A stretch of DNA of 64,000 nt from Stegostoma tigrinum (taxonomy: Eukaryota), in the NCBI RefSeq assembly GCF_030684315.1, contig NC_081401.1:3668582-3732581 (forward strand), written 5' to 3'. Below are positions 24,561 to 38,242 of this stretch, one piece after another. Below the pieces are notes generated by a model. It made no database searches and was not told the origin of the DNA. It was given only the letters and a program-made list of their open reading frames with translations. The position numbers and the translations under genes are program-made. How positions within the stretch are numbered: the stretch's first letter is position 1; every line of letters begins with the position of its first letter.

Positions 24561-26181
24561 GATGAACGGTACCTCAGGTTTCATTGAAAATTCTGGCAGA
24601 GAAGTTTGCAATGGTGAACATACTCACTTTGAATGCCATATTTTGGAAAAACAAGCAGTGGTAACATGAATAATGGAGATGAATCAGCCAGGAAAATGAA
24701 GAAGAGATGCAAACACAGCAGCACTGGAAGAGAAATGTCTGACTAAAAGAGTGTGGGATCAATAAGATTTGCAAACAAATATTATTTTCTCCTAATTGTG
24801 GAATAATGTAAAGTTGGGCTAAAATGTAACGATGTGACATTAGTTGAGACAGATTTTATTCCAGCATTTCAAAGATGCAGTCACAAGTTGTTTTCTTCTG
24901 TAATAAAGGAGATGTCCAAGAGACAAAAAATGTGATTATGGATGGAATAATGAAATATAAAGCAGATAGGTAAAGAATTCGTGCAGCTGGCTAAATGTCG
25001 ATAGATGAGGTAGTGGTATTTGTGATGTGAAAAAATGTAGTACTTTTAGAATTGAATGAAGCAGCCAATGCCCTTTTGGCATTATAATACAATGAATGAT
25101 ATCACACGATCATCGATGAGATTCTTCTGATAATCTATCCAAACAAACAAGCAATGAGCTGACATCAACTTTGGTAAAAGTAGGCCATGTGAAGACTTCA
25201 CTACAGCCATGGCCTATTCTGTGGAAGAGAATGTGTCAAAGGGAGAGAGACACACATTCATAAAACTGAATAATTAGAGAAAAGCTGTAGAGTTGACAGC
25301 ATTATTTGAAAAGTTATAATATCTAGTAATTCCCTGCATTTAGTAAATTATTAAACATGTTCTGAACAGCTGCATTGGACAGGTAAAGTGATAACTAAGA
25401 TTGGGACGCACTGATGCTAAAGAAAAATGCATGTCAAGTTAAAATGATACATTCATTTCCCCATTTATATTGATTGCAACCTTTTAGCCCCTGACCAATT
25501 ATTCGAGGTGATGAGTCACTGTGCACCGGAAGCACCCAGTTGACTGTGATTGTCTTGCACAAAAATACATCAGACAGAAGGATCAGTGAAGATATACAAA
25601 ATGATGCTGATGCAGAAGAGAAGACGATATAATCCAAAGAACAGCTGCCTGAAACTAAGTGTTCTGGGGAACATTTAGACGAGTTTGCCCTAGTGAACAC
25701 AGAGATATGAAAAGTTTGTGAGGTCCGAGAAAGAACTGCCACAAATGTTCTGTGACCAAAGCATGGAATCCTGAAAGATGCAAGGAATGGAAGAGCATAG
25801 ATATCGCAGTTCGATTTGTCATGAAGCAGATTATAGGTACATAATAAAGTATCAGAAGCATTTGGGGCCGTGGAGGTGAGACACACACAGCGACAGTTTG
25901 ATTCACATTGGAACAAAATACACCCATTGCCACTTCAGTCGAAATATACGAGATAATCCTTCATTATTTTTTTCTCTCATTGCTCTAGATCTACTGTTTC
26001 AGTCAAACAAAAAAACAACTACCTCACGATGTTCGTTAAATGAATGTGAATAGTGTGAGTGATGTAACTAACTAATTCCCTGAAGGTTTGGTGCATTAAT
26101 AAATGTAGACTGCTTTCCATGGCTTGGACTTGGCTAATCAGAGTGTTTCAGCTCGACAGAAACCGTTCACTCTCACACAAA

Positions 26182-26251
26182 ATGAAGAAGGCTGCAAATT
26201 TGCTCGTGTAAGAGATTTACTACCCGATACTGGCATTGGTGGCTCTTCCTG
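26182..26251 (+). pseudogene. GPR139-like copy 2, coding exon 1 (nonsense codon)
   Basis: MKKAANLLV*EIYYPILALVALP followed by a phase-1 donor G|GTGAGC. TAA at 26209-26211 where the paralog has AAA. Confidence 0.9.
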
Positions 26252-26431
26252 GTGAGCCAATTTAGTTATTTTATTTATCTTTGTCAATTTATTCAGAAAT
26301 GTTTTACACACCTCTGTAGCAGGTGGATGTGTTGAGGATTTCACAGTCGAGGAGCAGGAACGATACCACTGCATCACAAGGGGACTGAATGAGGTATTAT
26401 CATCGCTTTGTGCTTACCCATGTGTCAGCAT

Positions 26432-27153
26432 TAGAACATAGAACATAGAACATAGAACAGTACAGCACAGAACAGGCCCTTCAGCCCACAATGTTGTGCC
26501 GACCATTGATCCTCATGTATGCACCCTCAAATTTCTGTGACCATATACATGTCCAGCAGTCTCTTAAATGACCCCAATGACCTTGCTTCCACAACTGCTG
26601 CTGCCAACACATTCCATGCTCTCACAACTCTCTGCGTAAAGAACCTGCCTCTGACATCCCCTCTATACTTTCCACCAACCAGCTTAAAACTATGACCACT
26701 CGTGCTAGCCATTTCTGCCCTGGGAAATAGTCTCTGGTTATCAACTCTATCTATGCCTCTCATTATCTTGTATACCTCAATTAGGTCCCCTCTCCTCCTC
26801 CTTTTCTCCAATGAAAAGAGACCGAGCTCAGTCAACCTCTCTTCATAAGATAAGCCCTCCAGTCCAGGCAGCACCCTGGTAAACCTCCTCTGAACCCTCT
26901 CCAAAGCATCCACATCTTTCCTATAATAGGGCGACCAGAACTGGACGCAGTATTCCAAGTGCGGTCTAACCAAAGTTTTACAGAGCTGCAACAAGATCTC
27001 ACGACTCTTAAACTCAATCCCCCTGTTAATGAAAGCCAAAACACCATATGCTTTCTAAACAACCCTGTCCACTTGGGTGGCCATTTTAAGGGATCTATGT
27101 ATCTGCACACCAAGATCCCTCTGTTCCTCCACGCTGCCAAGAATCCTATCCTT
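26432..27153 (-). mobile_element. Young 5'-truncated CR1 LINE inserted antisense in the copy 2 intron
   Basis: Nearly identical to 54361-55076, with a (GTTCTAT)n tail. Absent from the paralogous site at ~61035-61045. Confidence 0.96.
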
Positions 27154-27239
27154 GTCCCTGGTTATTCACACATTTGGTCAAGTAACCGATTTCTTCCACG
27201 TCAAAGTTTCATACTTAATGTTGAGAGCTCGCTGATCAA

Positions 27240-27560
27240 TGGTCACACGGTGGTTAGCATTGCTGCCTCACATTGAAAGGAACCCAGTTCAAATCCTGCC
27301 TCAGGCCACTGTTTGTGTGGCGTTTGCACCTTTTCAAAGTGCCTGTGTGGGTTTCCTCTGGCTGCCTCGATTTTCATCCAAGGAAAGGAAAAAAAACTTG
27401 CAGGTTCGGTGGATTGGCCTTGCTTAATTGTCCATCGCATCGAGGGATGTGCAGGCTCGGTGGTTCAGCGATGGTAAATGCAGGAATATGGCAAAGGGCA
27501 GGGGAGTGGATCCGGGAAAGTTCGTCTTCAAAAGGTTGATGTGGACCCGACACCGGACGG
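27240..27560 (+). mobile_element. HE1-type SINE (intronic, predates the duplication)
   Basis: tRNA-like head 'cacggtggttagcattgctgcctcaca..gttcaaatcc' and body 'gtgggtttcctctgg'. Paralog at 61130-61460. Confidence 0.85.
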
Positions 27561-27825
27561 AGTCTGTGATTGTATGAACCCTGTGTTCTCATGCCTGCTT
27601 TCATTTCATCTTGCTGGTGTTACAATAAAGTTCCTCAGTGATCCCTTGTATTTGTGGACTCATTGTTATCCCTTATAAACTGACCTCAGTGACAGTTGAC
27701 TAAAGACATTTTGCATATTGCTGATTGAATGAATCTGACTCACATTATCATATGTCAGGCGCTCTCATAATTATTATCTTGAATCAGGCATTGGCACATT
27801 ATTCACTGCTGTTTTTCTCTCACAG

Positions 27826-28721
27826 CAAACTTGGCTACAATTTGGATTATTTCACAAAGAAACTGCGGCCTTTCCAAGTGTGTCACTGTTTACACGTTGG
27901 CCATGGCAACAACAGATCTACTGGTCCTGATAAACAATGTGGTACTCTATTATATCCTCAGTTATCATTTTCCTTGGTCATTCTTGTTCCATACTCCTCT
28001 TTGCAGAGTCATTATATACCTGACTGCTGTCACTCCTGATTTATCTGTTTCGTGCGTTGTCTGCTTCACATTTGACCGATTTGTATTGATCTGCTGCCAG
28101 AAGATCCAAACCAAGTATTGCACCAGAAGAACTGCAATCAAGCTGGTGATAACCATCGCTGTTGTGATTGTCGTGAAGGACATATCAGTATTGTTTGCTT
28201 ATGAACCTGAACAAATTATAAACAAAGTGCAGTGGGGCTGCTGATCATTAGAAGCATATTTTTTTTCATCTTCTGCTGGTACAGGTTATGTCTAGTTTTA
28301 CAGCGCTTGTGTCGTTTGGATTCCCTTTTCTCTGATTATCTTATGCAATTCATTAATTATCAAATGTATTCTACTGGCTAATAGAACCCGCACTGGACTT
28401 CGGAGCTGCAAGAGTGGGAATGAAAGCGACTCAGAAATTGAGAACCGCAGAAAGTCCATCATTTTATTATTCTCCATAACAGTAAGTTTCCTTTTGCTCT
28501 GGTTGCCAGTTGCCGTGGCTTTAGGCATTACCAAACTGACAGACACCATTTATTACCGAGGGAAGTTCACTGACGCTGAAATTATTGCCAGGGAATTGGT
28601 AGATATCTTGAGGTGTTTCCGTTTTTTTCTAAACCCTTGTTTCTATGCAGCGACCCAGAGCAAATGCAGAGCTGAGCTGAAAAATATGGCAAAATATCAA
28701 TGGATTTTATTCTGGAGATAG
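27826..28721 (+). pseudogene. GPR139-like copy 2, coding exon 2 (two nonsense codons)
   Basis: Acceptor tttctctcacag|CAAAC. One frame reads ANLATIWIISQRNCGLSKC..AMATTDLL..FTFDRFVLICCQK..ENRRKSIILL..FLNPCFYAATQSK. Stops: TGA at 28242 (paralog CGA) and TAG at 28293 (paralog TGG). Confidence 0.93.
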
Positions 28722-28889
28722 GTTCGAGAGAAGTCTGCAAAATAGCTTCGGCCAAGCAAATAGTTCTGCTCGACAAACTTTTATTTACTCGTCTGTCTTT
28801 ATCAGAAAATATACTCGTTGCTGTTAAAAAGGCACACAATTCATTTCTCGGTTGATATGTTTTGGATTTCCTGTAGCACCTTTGATGTG

Positions 28890-29026
28890 AGTTCCAAAGA
28901 AGGGTCAGCGGACCAGAAATGTTATCTCTGATTTCACTTCACAGATGATGCCAAACCTGCTGAGCTTTTCCAGCAGAATTAAGTGTTTGTTTCTGATTTA
29001 CTGCATCCGCGATTCTTTCAGTTTTG
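28890..29026 (+). mobile_element. Short PLE family-2 terminal element (decayed hammerhead at its 5' edge)
   Basis: Starts agttccaaagaagggtcagcggaccagaaatgtt and is flanked by acctttgatgtg / acctttgattgt. Paralog at 62750-62886. Confidence 0.75.
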
Positions 29027-29539
29027 ACCTTTGATTGTCGGTACAATTATCTGTTTTCCTGATTCCCTGCTGAGTGTAGAAAACCTACTCCAGGAAATAT
29101 GATCCATCACGCATTCAGAGATGTAAAATGACCTGACAATATGGAATTGACCATCCATATGAAAAACAGATACTTCCATTGCAGCCATCGAGATCGAAGT
29201 GTTCTGTTTTGAAACATCAATCAAGTTTCATTCAGTACAAAGCAATGGAGTGGTCTGTCCACATGTCTTGCTCATTCTCATGACACTTAATCAGAATATT
29301 GTACGGACTGGACATGTTACAGAAGAGAGGTCATCAATGATAAAAAATAATGATCTGATTCTTCCCACACGACTGATGCCCAGTGGGTGAATCCATCCAC
29401 ACCCAGTCCATTGATGTCACACCTCAGTTCCAGTTCCCAGAGAAGAGGAGGAGAAGGGGAGAAAAGTTTAAATAGCCCTTTCCTCGCTTTCACCTGTGAT
29501 GATACAAACTCTCCGTTCACGTTGCCCTCCCACCTATTT

Positions 29540-29970
29540 TCCCGCCCACACTGAACACGCTCTGTTTCTTTCTTTCTCTCTTGTCTCCTCCTCCAAGATG
29601 CCTTTCATTTCCTCACTATTGTTCGCAGTTTTTCAATACCCGTTTCTTTTTCACACTCTCCCACCCGCATTCTCTCACTACCAGCAGTTTCTCTGCATTC
29701 TGAATGATTTCATTTTCTCCATATCTCTCCTCTCCCTGGCCCATTGTCTCTCTTCTTTCATCCTCTCCCACACTTGATCATTCTTCTGTCATTCTCTCTC
29801 CCTCTTTCTCTCTGTTACTCTTTCTCGCACTCTCATTCCTTCTTTTGCACCTTTTCCCCTATCATTTCTTCTTTCCCTTCCTTTCCATGCTCAATTCTCG
29901 AAGCTCTCATTTTCTCTGTCTCCATATCTCCCCGTCTGCTTCCCCCATCCCTTCCTCTTTCTATCACTAA
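29540..29970. repeat. Pyrimidine (CT)-rich low-complexity tract
   Basis: Seen directly. Confidence 0.85.
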
Positions 29971-31149
29971 GTCACACATATGTACTCCTCGCAGCCCTGT
30001 GGAAGTGAATGTCATACTGCTATCTCATCTGTGTTTCTTCAAGGGATCGAGTTGCTGCATCAGAAGGGCAGAGCTCTGCATTTCATCATCCTCACTCACT
30101 CAGGTTTTTGTGAACCTTTACAGTAATTTAAATAATAATCTACCTTCCCATGTTTTCCATGCAATTGTATAGCCTCACATTTATTCACAAAATAGGACAC
30201 CTGCAATACACTTGCCCACACACTCTGTGCGTGTCTACCTGCGTGTTTCTCTCTGTAGCTGCATACACCTGTGCATGTCCATATCTGTGAATTTATATGA
30301 CTGCATGTATTTCTGCATGTCAGTCTTAGTGCGTATCCCTGTGCTTCTGTATGTGTGCACATCAATGTGTCTCTAAAAGTCTGTATGAGCATATTGTTAT
30401 GCATTGTGTACAGTATACAGTTACATCACATCATGAGGGGCGTGAATAAGTTGAATATCCAGGAGCTTTTCCGTTGGGCAGCGGAGTCTGAAACCAGAGA
30501 CCATAGGCTTATGGTGAGATTTAAAAAGGAACTGAGCGTTCGCTATCCCACACAGAGCATCCGAAGTGCTGGATGAAGTGGTTGAGGCAGGTACAATTTC
30601 AACATTGAAAGGAACCTGGATGTGTATATGTACAGGAGAGGTTTAGACAGATTTGGGCAAAATGCTGGCAAATGGAAAAAGGTCAGATTGGGATGTCTGG
30701 TTGTCATGGACCAGTTGGGTGTCAAGGTTTGTTTCTGTGCCACCTGAAACTATGACTCGGTTTCTGTGTATTTCTGACTTTATGTGTGCGTCTGTGCACC
30801 TTCCTGTCATTGTTTGTGTGTCTATATGTGTTTTGTGTATGTTAGTGTATCAGTGTACATAGCGATGTTTGTGTATATCTCTGTTTTTGCATTTGTGTGC
30901 AATAGTTTTCAGTCGTTTTGGAAGTTATCCTTTGAAGTGGAAATCAAAACGTCTGTAAGTCCCCTCCCTGTGCCTCTTGTATTTGATTTGATGGGGGGTT
31001 CATTGAGGTCGGTTTGCAGCACGATTGGCTTGCAAAGCATTGCGATGCCAAAGGCACGGGAACAAACCTCATCACCAGTGGTATCTCTTTCCAAATCCGT
31101 CCCATCGCTTGAGGTGTGGTTTCCCTCACGTTAAATTATCACGAGCCAC

Positions 31150-32060
31150 AGAAACATTGAAACATACAAGATGGGAGCAGTAGGAGGACATTCAATCCTG
31201 CTCTGCTATTTATCATCATCGTGACTTGTACTCTGACTCATGCTTCTTTCTCCCCATAACCTTTGACCCCAATCACCCCCAGTGCTATATCTCGTCACCT
31301 CCTGAAAACATTCAATATTTTGGCATATACTACATCCTGTGGCACTGAATTGTACCGGCTCATTCTACTGATTGAGTGATGAAACGTCTCTTCATTTCCA
31401 TTCTGAATCATCTACCCCGAATACTGACACTGCGTCCCTGGTTCTGGTCACACCCGCCATCGAAAACAAACCTCCTTGCATCGACCCTGCGCAATCCTGT
31501 TAGAATTTCATAAATCTCTGTGTGATCACTCCTCATTCATCTGAACTGTCACGAAAACAGTCATAACTTCGTCAATCTCTCTTTATACGTCAGACCTACC
31601 ATCCCCAGAATCAGCCAGTTTAACCTCTCTTAGTGCATCCTCTCTCAGATAAGGATCCAAAACATGAACTTAATACTCTAAATGTGCTCCCAGGAAGGCA
31701 CTGTACAACTGCAACAAAACATCCCCGCTCTTGTACTTAAAACGTTTCGCAATGAAGGCCAAACATACCATTAGTCTCCTTTACTGCCTGATGCAACTGG
31801 TGCACAAGGATGCCCAGGTTCCGCTGCACGCTGCCCTCTCCAAATTCCATGCCATTCATGCAGTAATCTGCCTCTTGGCTTTGCTTCCGAAGTGAATACC
31901 CACATTTGCCCAAACTATAACAATTCTGCCATTGGTTTGCCCACTCATCCAACCAGAGAGATCATGTTGAAGCATCTCTGATTCATCATCAATGTTCACC
32001 CTCCCACCAAACTTAGCGTCATCTGAAAAATTGGGGATGTTACATTTTGTTCGGTCATTC
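31150..32060 (-). mobile_element. CR1 LINE RT/3' fragment, degraded
   Basis: Minus-strand CNIPNFSDDAKFGG..LQHDL..EWANQWQ. Confidence 0.75.
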
Positions 32061-32069
32061 AAATCAAAC

Positions 32070-32290
32070 CTTCACTCATTATCCCTATGCTACCTACATT
32101 CTCCAGTCCCAGCCCCCTCTCTATTTATTTCTAAGCTCTGTTCCACCCTCCCACCCCCATTTCTAAAGAAGGGTCCTGGCCCGAAACATCAACGTTTCTG
32201 TTCCTCTGATGCTGCCTGGTCTGCTGTGTCCCTAAAGTTCCGCACTGTGTTATCTCTGGCTCCAGCATCTGCAATTATTGTTGTCTCTTT
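32070..32290 (+). mobile_element. PLE family-1-like pseudo-LTR fragment with decayed hammerhead
   Basis: ctaaagaagggtcctggcccgaaacatc at ~32163-32190, followed by the 'ctccagcatctgca' tail. Confidence 0.75.
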
Positions 32291-32339
32291 ATGAATTGGT
32301 TTCCTTTATCTCTCTGGTAGAAAGTGGATAGATTAAAAG

Positions 32340-32490
32340 AAGCTGGGACAACAGAAACAGGAATTCATAAACATAGGTTCTCAATCCCAGACTTTCTTGG
32401 AATTTGAATTCAAGTTTCACCAGCTGCTGGGACAGGATTGAAACTCCCCAGAGCATTTCACTGAGTTTCTGACGATAGGTCAATAATTAA
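32340..32490 (-). mobile_element. 5' fragment of a second tRNA-derived SINE family
   Basis: Minus strand 'aatgctctggggagtttcaatcc..cagctggtgaaacttgaattcaa', similar to 45775-45850. Confidence 0.5.
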
Positions 32491-32679
32491 GTTTAACGTT
32501 TTTGAACCAAGTTCCATCTCTTTCTCTTTCATTATCACCCAAGAGTCAATTCTGGACGTTTTATTATAAAATCCACTCGTAGGATGTGCACATTAGCAAC
32601 GTATTCGTCATTTATTAGAGAGAGAGGCTCCAAGCGAGAGAAAGAACATTTAAATCTGAATAGAGAAAATCCCCGAGAC

Positions 32680-32970
32680 GAGAGAGAGACACACAGAGAG
32701 AAGAGAGAGAGAGAGAGAGAGAGAAAGTGTTTTTTTTTGCAGGTTGGGTGACGGTGGTGTGATGAGTGGTGGAGAGAGAGTGAGAGAGAAAGAGACTGAG
32801 AAGGTGTTTTCTTTGGCAGGTTCGGGAGTGGAGGGTGGTGAGCTGTGTTATGGGGAGTGTGTGAGAGAGAGAGAGAGGGAGAGAAAGAGAGAGAGAGAAA
32901 GTGGTTTTGTTTGGCAGGTTGGGTGAGGGTGGTGGGATGAGTGGTGGAGAGAGAGACGGAAGGAGAGAGT
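32680..32970. repeat. (GA)n-anchored compound tandem repeat, ~3 units of ~90 bp
   Basis: The unit (GA)n-aagtg-ttt-gcaggttgggtga.ggtggtg..atgagtggtgg recurs at ~32720, ~32800 and ~32898. Confidence 0.8.
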
Positions 32971-35900
32971 GAAAGTCCTCGTGTGTTTTTTTTATTGATA
33001 ATGCCCTCAGACGTGGTTCGGTAAAAGTTAATTCGAGGATTGTTCAGTCCTCTCTATTCATCAGGATCCTTGCTCCTTATACTGATGTCAGAACACTTGT
33101 AACAACTGAGCAGTTTCACAGTCAGCTCTCAAGAGTGCAGCAGGGCAGGAACATCAGTCATACTTCAACGGGAGGGGGGCTGTAAACTGGGAAGTGAATC
33201 AGAGAGCGGTGAAGGAGGAGAAGGACATCCCACAGATTAGCGCCATCTGAAAGTTCAGCACAACCACTTTCATTCGCCATTCATTTCTCTTCAATGATAG
33301 GACATGGCTGGTTATTAGTGGTCTGGCATTGGTCTCCCGTCACTTCTTGCCCTTCCCTCGAACCACTGCAGCCCGTGTGTTTTAGACTGACCCACAATAA
33401 AGCATCAGGAGTGGAATTACAGGATTTTGATGCAGTGATACTAAAGAAATGGACAATATATTCCAAGTCAGGAGAGAATTCCTTGGAGAAGGATTTCAAG
33501 TGATGTAACGTTCCTGTGTATCTCACACCCTTATCGTTCCAGATTAACGTGACTGTGGCTGTGGAAGATGTTATCTCATATCTCCCTGGTCATTTTTCAG
33601 ACAGCTGGGAGCAGTGCATTTTGTATTGACTCTATTATGTGGTTCTGTGAGGCTAACTAGTTTAGATCTGACATATGTAACTGCGCCTCTGTCATTTCTG
33701 ACCATTGCCTCCCGATGACAATACAGTGCACAGCAGTCAGAATCTGAAATTATATACGTGCGCCATGGGACGTGAGTAATGCAGTAAATGGCTTTACTCA
33801 CAATTCAAAAGCAGTGAATAATGGATCATGAAGATGAAAAAAATCAAGAGGGGTCAAATTACAGAGTCTGCAGTTATCTTCAGGCACTTGAAGCTGGATG
33901 GATGTTGCCATGTCCCATCTCCTTCACCATTCATTGCATGACATGGCAGCAGCAATGGAGAAACATTAGTAATTATTGTACAATCCAAGTACGTCGTCTT
34001 TACATCTTCCAGTTTTCCAGACCGCTCCAGGTAAGTCGCAGCCTCTGGTCACACCTGGAAAACAAACATGAGGTGTTCATTGATGCCCCTAGTCAGGGGC
34101 CATAACTTTCACCTGTCCTCGAGAGACTGACGATGATCTGTAAAGACAAGTGTTGTCTCATCCATTAATGAGAAAACTGCGTAAAATGAGCACAGGACAC
34201 CTGGGGAGGGGGTCGTGGGGAAAACTGTTTGGGACAATCTGTTGATTGTGACGATGGTCAAAGACAGGTTGATAACTATTGACATGGAACGGTTTTAAAT
34301 GAAACAATCCATTTTTTCTTCCATGGAAGAAAAAAATCAAGACAAAAAATTTCAGAATTGAAGTGGTTTGCTCACCCATGGGAAATGCCTGCAATGTTTT
34401 GTCAGATGCATAGTGACAGGATGGTGGACTGGTGAGACGATTATTGCATTCACAACTCACGACCAACAAACTCACAGTATACGGACCTACCTTTGCATCT
34501 CACCACTGCAAATAATGAAGTTTAAATCATGTTAAAATAGTCTCATGTCAAATGTGTAAATGCTGTTAATTTTCGGGTCACTGGGACATGTGAAATGAGA
34601 GAAATATCAACATCACAAATATCCCCCCAGGGAGGAATTCTGCCATCTTACCTGACCTGATTTTGATGTGACCACAGGCTCATAGTGATGTGGCTTACTC
34701 GGAAATGTCCTCTTGTCAGTTCGGAAGGGACAAATAAATTCTGGCTTCTCCAACGGTCTCTTGTGATCATTGAATGATTACATGATTGCATGTCAACACA
34801 TGAGGCAGTAAACCAACAGATTGGAGCTTGGACTTTGGGAGATGAATGGCTTATTTGTGCTGATCTGAATCTTTGTGAAGGCTCTTTGAAGAGAGATACA
34901 CTGATCCATAAAAGAGAAAGAAAACGTGTTTCATTCCTTCATCAGCAGCACCTGGCTGCCCCATCACCAAGAAACCGAGAACTAAGAACAGAACAGTTCT
35001 CATCCTCTGTTGATTTCCTGTTGCACTGTGAGCTGCTTGGAGGGTGAAAACTCCTTGTATGATGACATAGACTATCCTCCTGTTCGTACTTGCAAAGAGA
35101 AAAACCCACAATAAGGTCAGAATCCATGATGGGCACGTGAACGGCCCATTTCGCTGATGAGTAAAACAGTAACACTCAGGCTCACACAGACACACACTCA
35201 CTCTCACTTTCACATAAACACATTCTCAAACACACTGACACTCTCATGTGTAGACATACATTCACACTCACACAGATGCCCCCACATGGCTAACTGACAT
35301 CACACACACATTTACACATGCACAGTAACATATGCAGAATCATGCAGTCAGACATGCAAATGCACTCATACACAAGATACACAGACTGAGATTTGCACTA
35401 TTTTGCAAAGAGATCAATGAATTTCCTTGACCCAGAGTTGGTTAGCCTGTGGAATTCTTTGTAAAACAAAGCGGTAGAAGCTGAAACATTGGGCGTTTTT
35501 TAAAAAAAAAAGTTAGATATCGTTCTTTGTCTGAGTGGACCAAAAGGTTTGTGCGAGAAAGTGGGAAAAGGGGAATGAGTTGGATTATTCACTATGGTCT
35601 AATTGAATTGAAACAGCCCAGAAGATTAGAATGGCCTCCTCCTGCCCCTGGTTTCTATGTTACTCCATTTCTGGAGAGATATCAGGAGAAGTACGAAGTG
35701 ATTGGTCTCCATTCACCGTGATCACGTTCTTTCAAACTGCATCTAGTGAAGAGTCTGCACAGTTTTCCACTGACTGGCATTGCCTGATGCCATTCTCAGA
35801 CAAATGCTGAACTTCTGTCAAAGAAATGCCCTTTAACCTCGACTTTCTGATACAATTCTCTTCATTTTTGGGACATGGCTACAAGCAGACGTGGACGTGA

Positions 35901-37595
35901 TGCCACACTGAACAACAATGGTTTGTTTTTCCATTAGTTGATGGCTCATTCAATGAACACTGCCTATCTTGTTACTGAGGAGGGAGAGTGGCCAAGTGAG
36001 AGATGCAAACTGGCTGGATGAGGGTTTTGTTTTACTTTGCTTTAAACTGACCAGGCATCATGCATTGTAATTCCTAGAGTGAGTGATTGCCAGTATTGGT
36101 GAGAAGGACACAAGGAGTTGTCTGATCCCTACACGCATTGGGTTTGAATATTAGATGTGGGATACAGTGAGAGTGGCAAATGTTGGAGTGAAATTCTTTG
36201 GCAGCTTGTTGATACCATTTGATGTGAAGTGAATTATTTGAAAATGGTCAAACCTTTACATCGGCGCCCTATAATTCTCCAATTGACTAACCTGTGGGTA
36301 AGACTGTTGAACATTGAGCTCAGTGCTACATCCTGGGCTCTCGTGCTGATGTGCTAATCTCAAACATCACACTTACCTGGGATGTGAGCATAATATCACA
36401 AATGTGAGTGGTTCATCTTTCGACAGCAAACACCATTTGATGTGGATGGGTTGCAAGCATCTCAGGTAAAGCATCAATAGGATGATCACTTGGTGACCTC
36501 TCTGGTAGATTGTACTTCATTGCAGCTTCAACAACTTGGTCCCACATCTTCAGGAAATTTCCGACGTATTTTTACAGATGTTGAGGCAGAAGCGTTTTTT
36601 TTTAATTTTTCTTCAATGTCACTGAGTGAAAGCTAAAGCTGCTCGCCGGACATGATGATAATTAGCAGCCAAAGACATCTCATTCGATCACCAATGTGTT
36701 CCCTGTATTTCTTAATAAGGACCGACCTCCTAATGTGCTCTTTCACTGTGTAATAGAGAGTGTTGCATCACTTCCAAAACTGACAGGAACTTGCAGCTCA
36801 CGAAAGAAGGACAGGCTCTATTGGAGCTTGGTACAGGAATGGATCAGAATTTGGGAGCAGCATTTCCTAATGTTACAACTTTGGAAAATGGTTTTCCAAT
36901 AAGCTGAACTACATTTGTGACAATCATAAATGAATGATCTTATAATCGTTGTTCTATTGTTTCTTTCGGATTCTGCAACATTTTCACTATTCTGTTCTGA
37001 CTATTATTGGCGTTCCATATAAAAAGTTTCCAGTCAATGACTGATGCTGGAAAGAACACTTTACTACAAGAAAACACGTGTTGTTTACAGCCCTCTTGTG
37101 CTGGAGTTAGTTTTCTTGGCCACTGTCAGGGAAACGAAATGCACTGATCAACGATAACTGTAACTGTGCTTGCCATGTTCTCTCACCCACATTCTCTGGT
37201 CATTCTGCACTGTAAGTCTCAGTCACCAGATACCAGATCAGCAATCCACCGCCCAAACAAAGTCCTGAACACCTTCAAAGTAACTCATTATGTTTATAAT
37301 GTATCTTGTGATTGATGTCGGCGAGGATCCCGATCACATCCAATCCTCTTCAACCATCCTGCTTCTTTCAGCGATCAGTGGAAAATCATCTCAAGGATTT
37401 AGTGTCCACGTTCAGGATTCCCATAAATTTAACACAGATGTTATGTTGGCAGTTGGGTACGCAAACGTCACATCAGCATTCATTTCAAGAGGGCTGAAGA
37501 TGTGCTGAAGAGCAGAGATGGACTGTGTGATGCCTTTAAAATCAAATAAGTAAAAGTTGATCGGTCCGAAGGCAGTGATCTCATAAATTAATTAA

Positions 37596-37785
37596 GTATC
37601 AAAGGTAAGAGAAATATTAAACAGGCTAGGCGAATTAGCGAGACAACGTTTGAAGGAGGCACAGCAAATAATGAAGCAAGAAGCAGACAAGAAATCTGAG
37701 GTGTGTAGGTTTGCCCATGGGGAGAAAGCGTTGGTCTGGTTACCATTGATAGGAGATCTCCTCAGCTGTAAAATTGCTAGATAAG
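37596..37785 (+). mobile_element. Gypsy LTR-retrotransposon integrase C-terminal fragment
   Basis: Open frame VSKVREILNRLGELARQRLKEAQQIMKQEADKKSEVCRFAHGEKALVWLPLIGD resembles the helix and F..G.KVLV segment that precedes the GPY/F motif of Gypsy integrases. Confidence 0.7.
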
Positions 37786-38242
37786 AAAAAGAAATGTAGC
37801 GAGTGCATCATGTGATTTGTTTAACTAATTAAGGAGGCGAAAAGAAGCAGTAACATCGCAGAGAAAGTCAAAATGCAATGATATGTTCCGTGATCGTGGA
37901 AAGATCATTCAACAGAATCGGACATGCATTGTGAAGGCCAACTCTGGGGCAACACCAATCGATAGATAATGAACTGAAGTTGCTGCTTGGAACTGTTTCC
38001 AATTGTGATTAAGTTTTTAAAATTGTTCAGACCCGCCCCGGCTAGAGTGTATTCAGGTTCCAATTAAATCGCAACACCAAGTGTATTTTATGAAGTTTGT
38101 TCATTCACTCAATGGCAATGAAAATTAAACAACTTCAGTATCATTCGAAAGTACAAAATTAATGCACTAGTTGCGGAACATTTTGCAGTTTAACTTTGAG
38201 AACTTATCTGCAGTACTTGCGGCAGAGCGCCTTTCAGAGAGA

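Larger units (their letters stand above)
19905..29560 (+). repeat. Segmental duplication unit A (paralog of ~50673-64000)
   Basis: Colinear anchors: 19905~50673, 22302~56832, 24565~59185, 26182~60788, 27826~61711, 29468~63635. Confidence 0.93.

Noticed and set aside
29496-30172. Leu/Ser/Phe-rich ORFs that look like membrane proteins
   Set aside because: They are translations of a CT-rich low-complexity tract.
33100-34040. Unique sequence with a good donor (ccag|gtaagt at ~34030) as a possible exon
   Set aside because: All frames contain stops, and I could not identify an acceptor or any homology.
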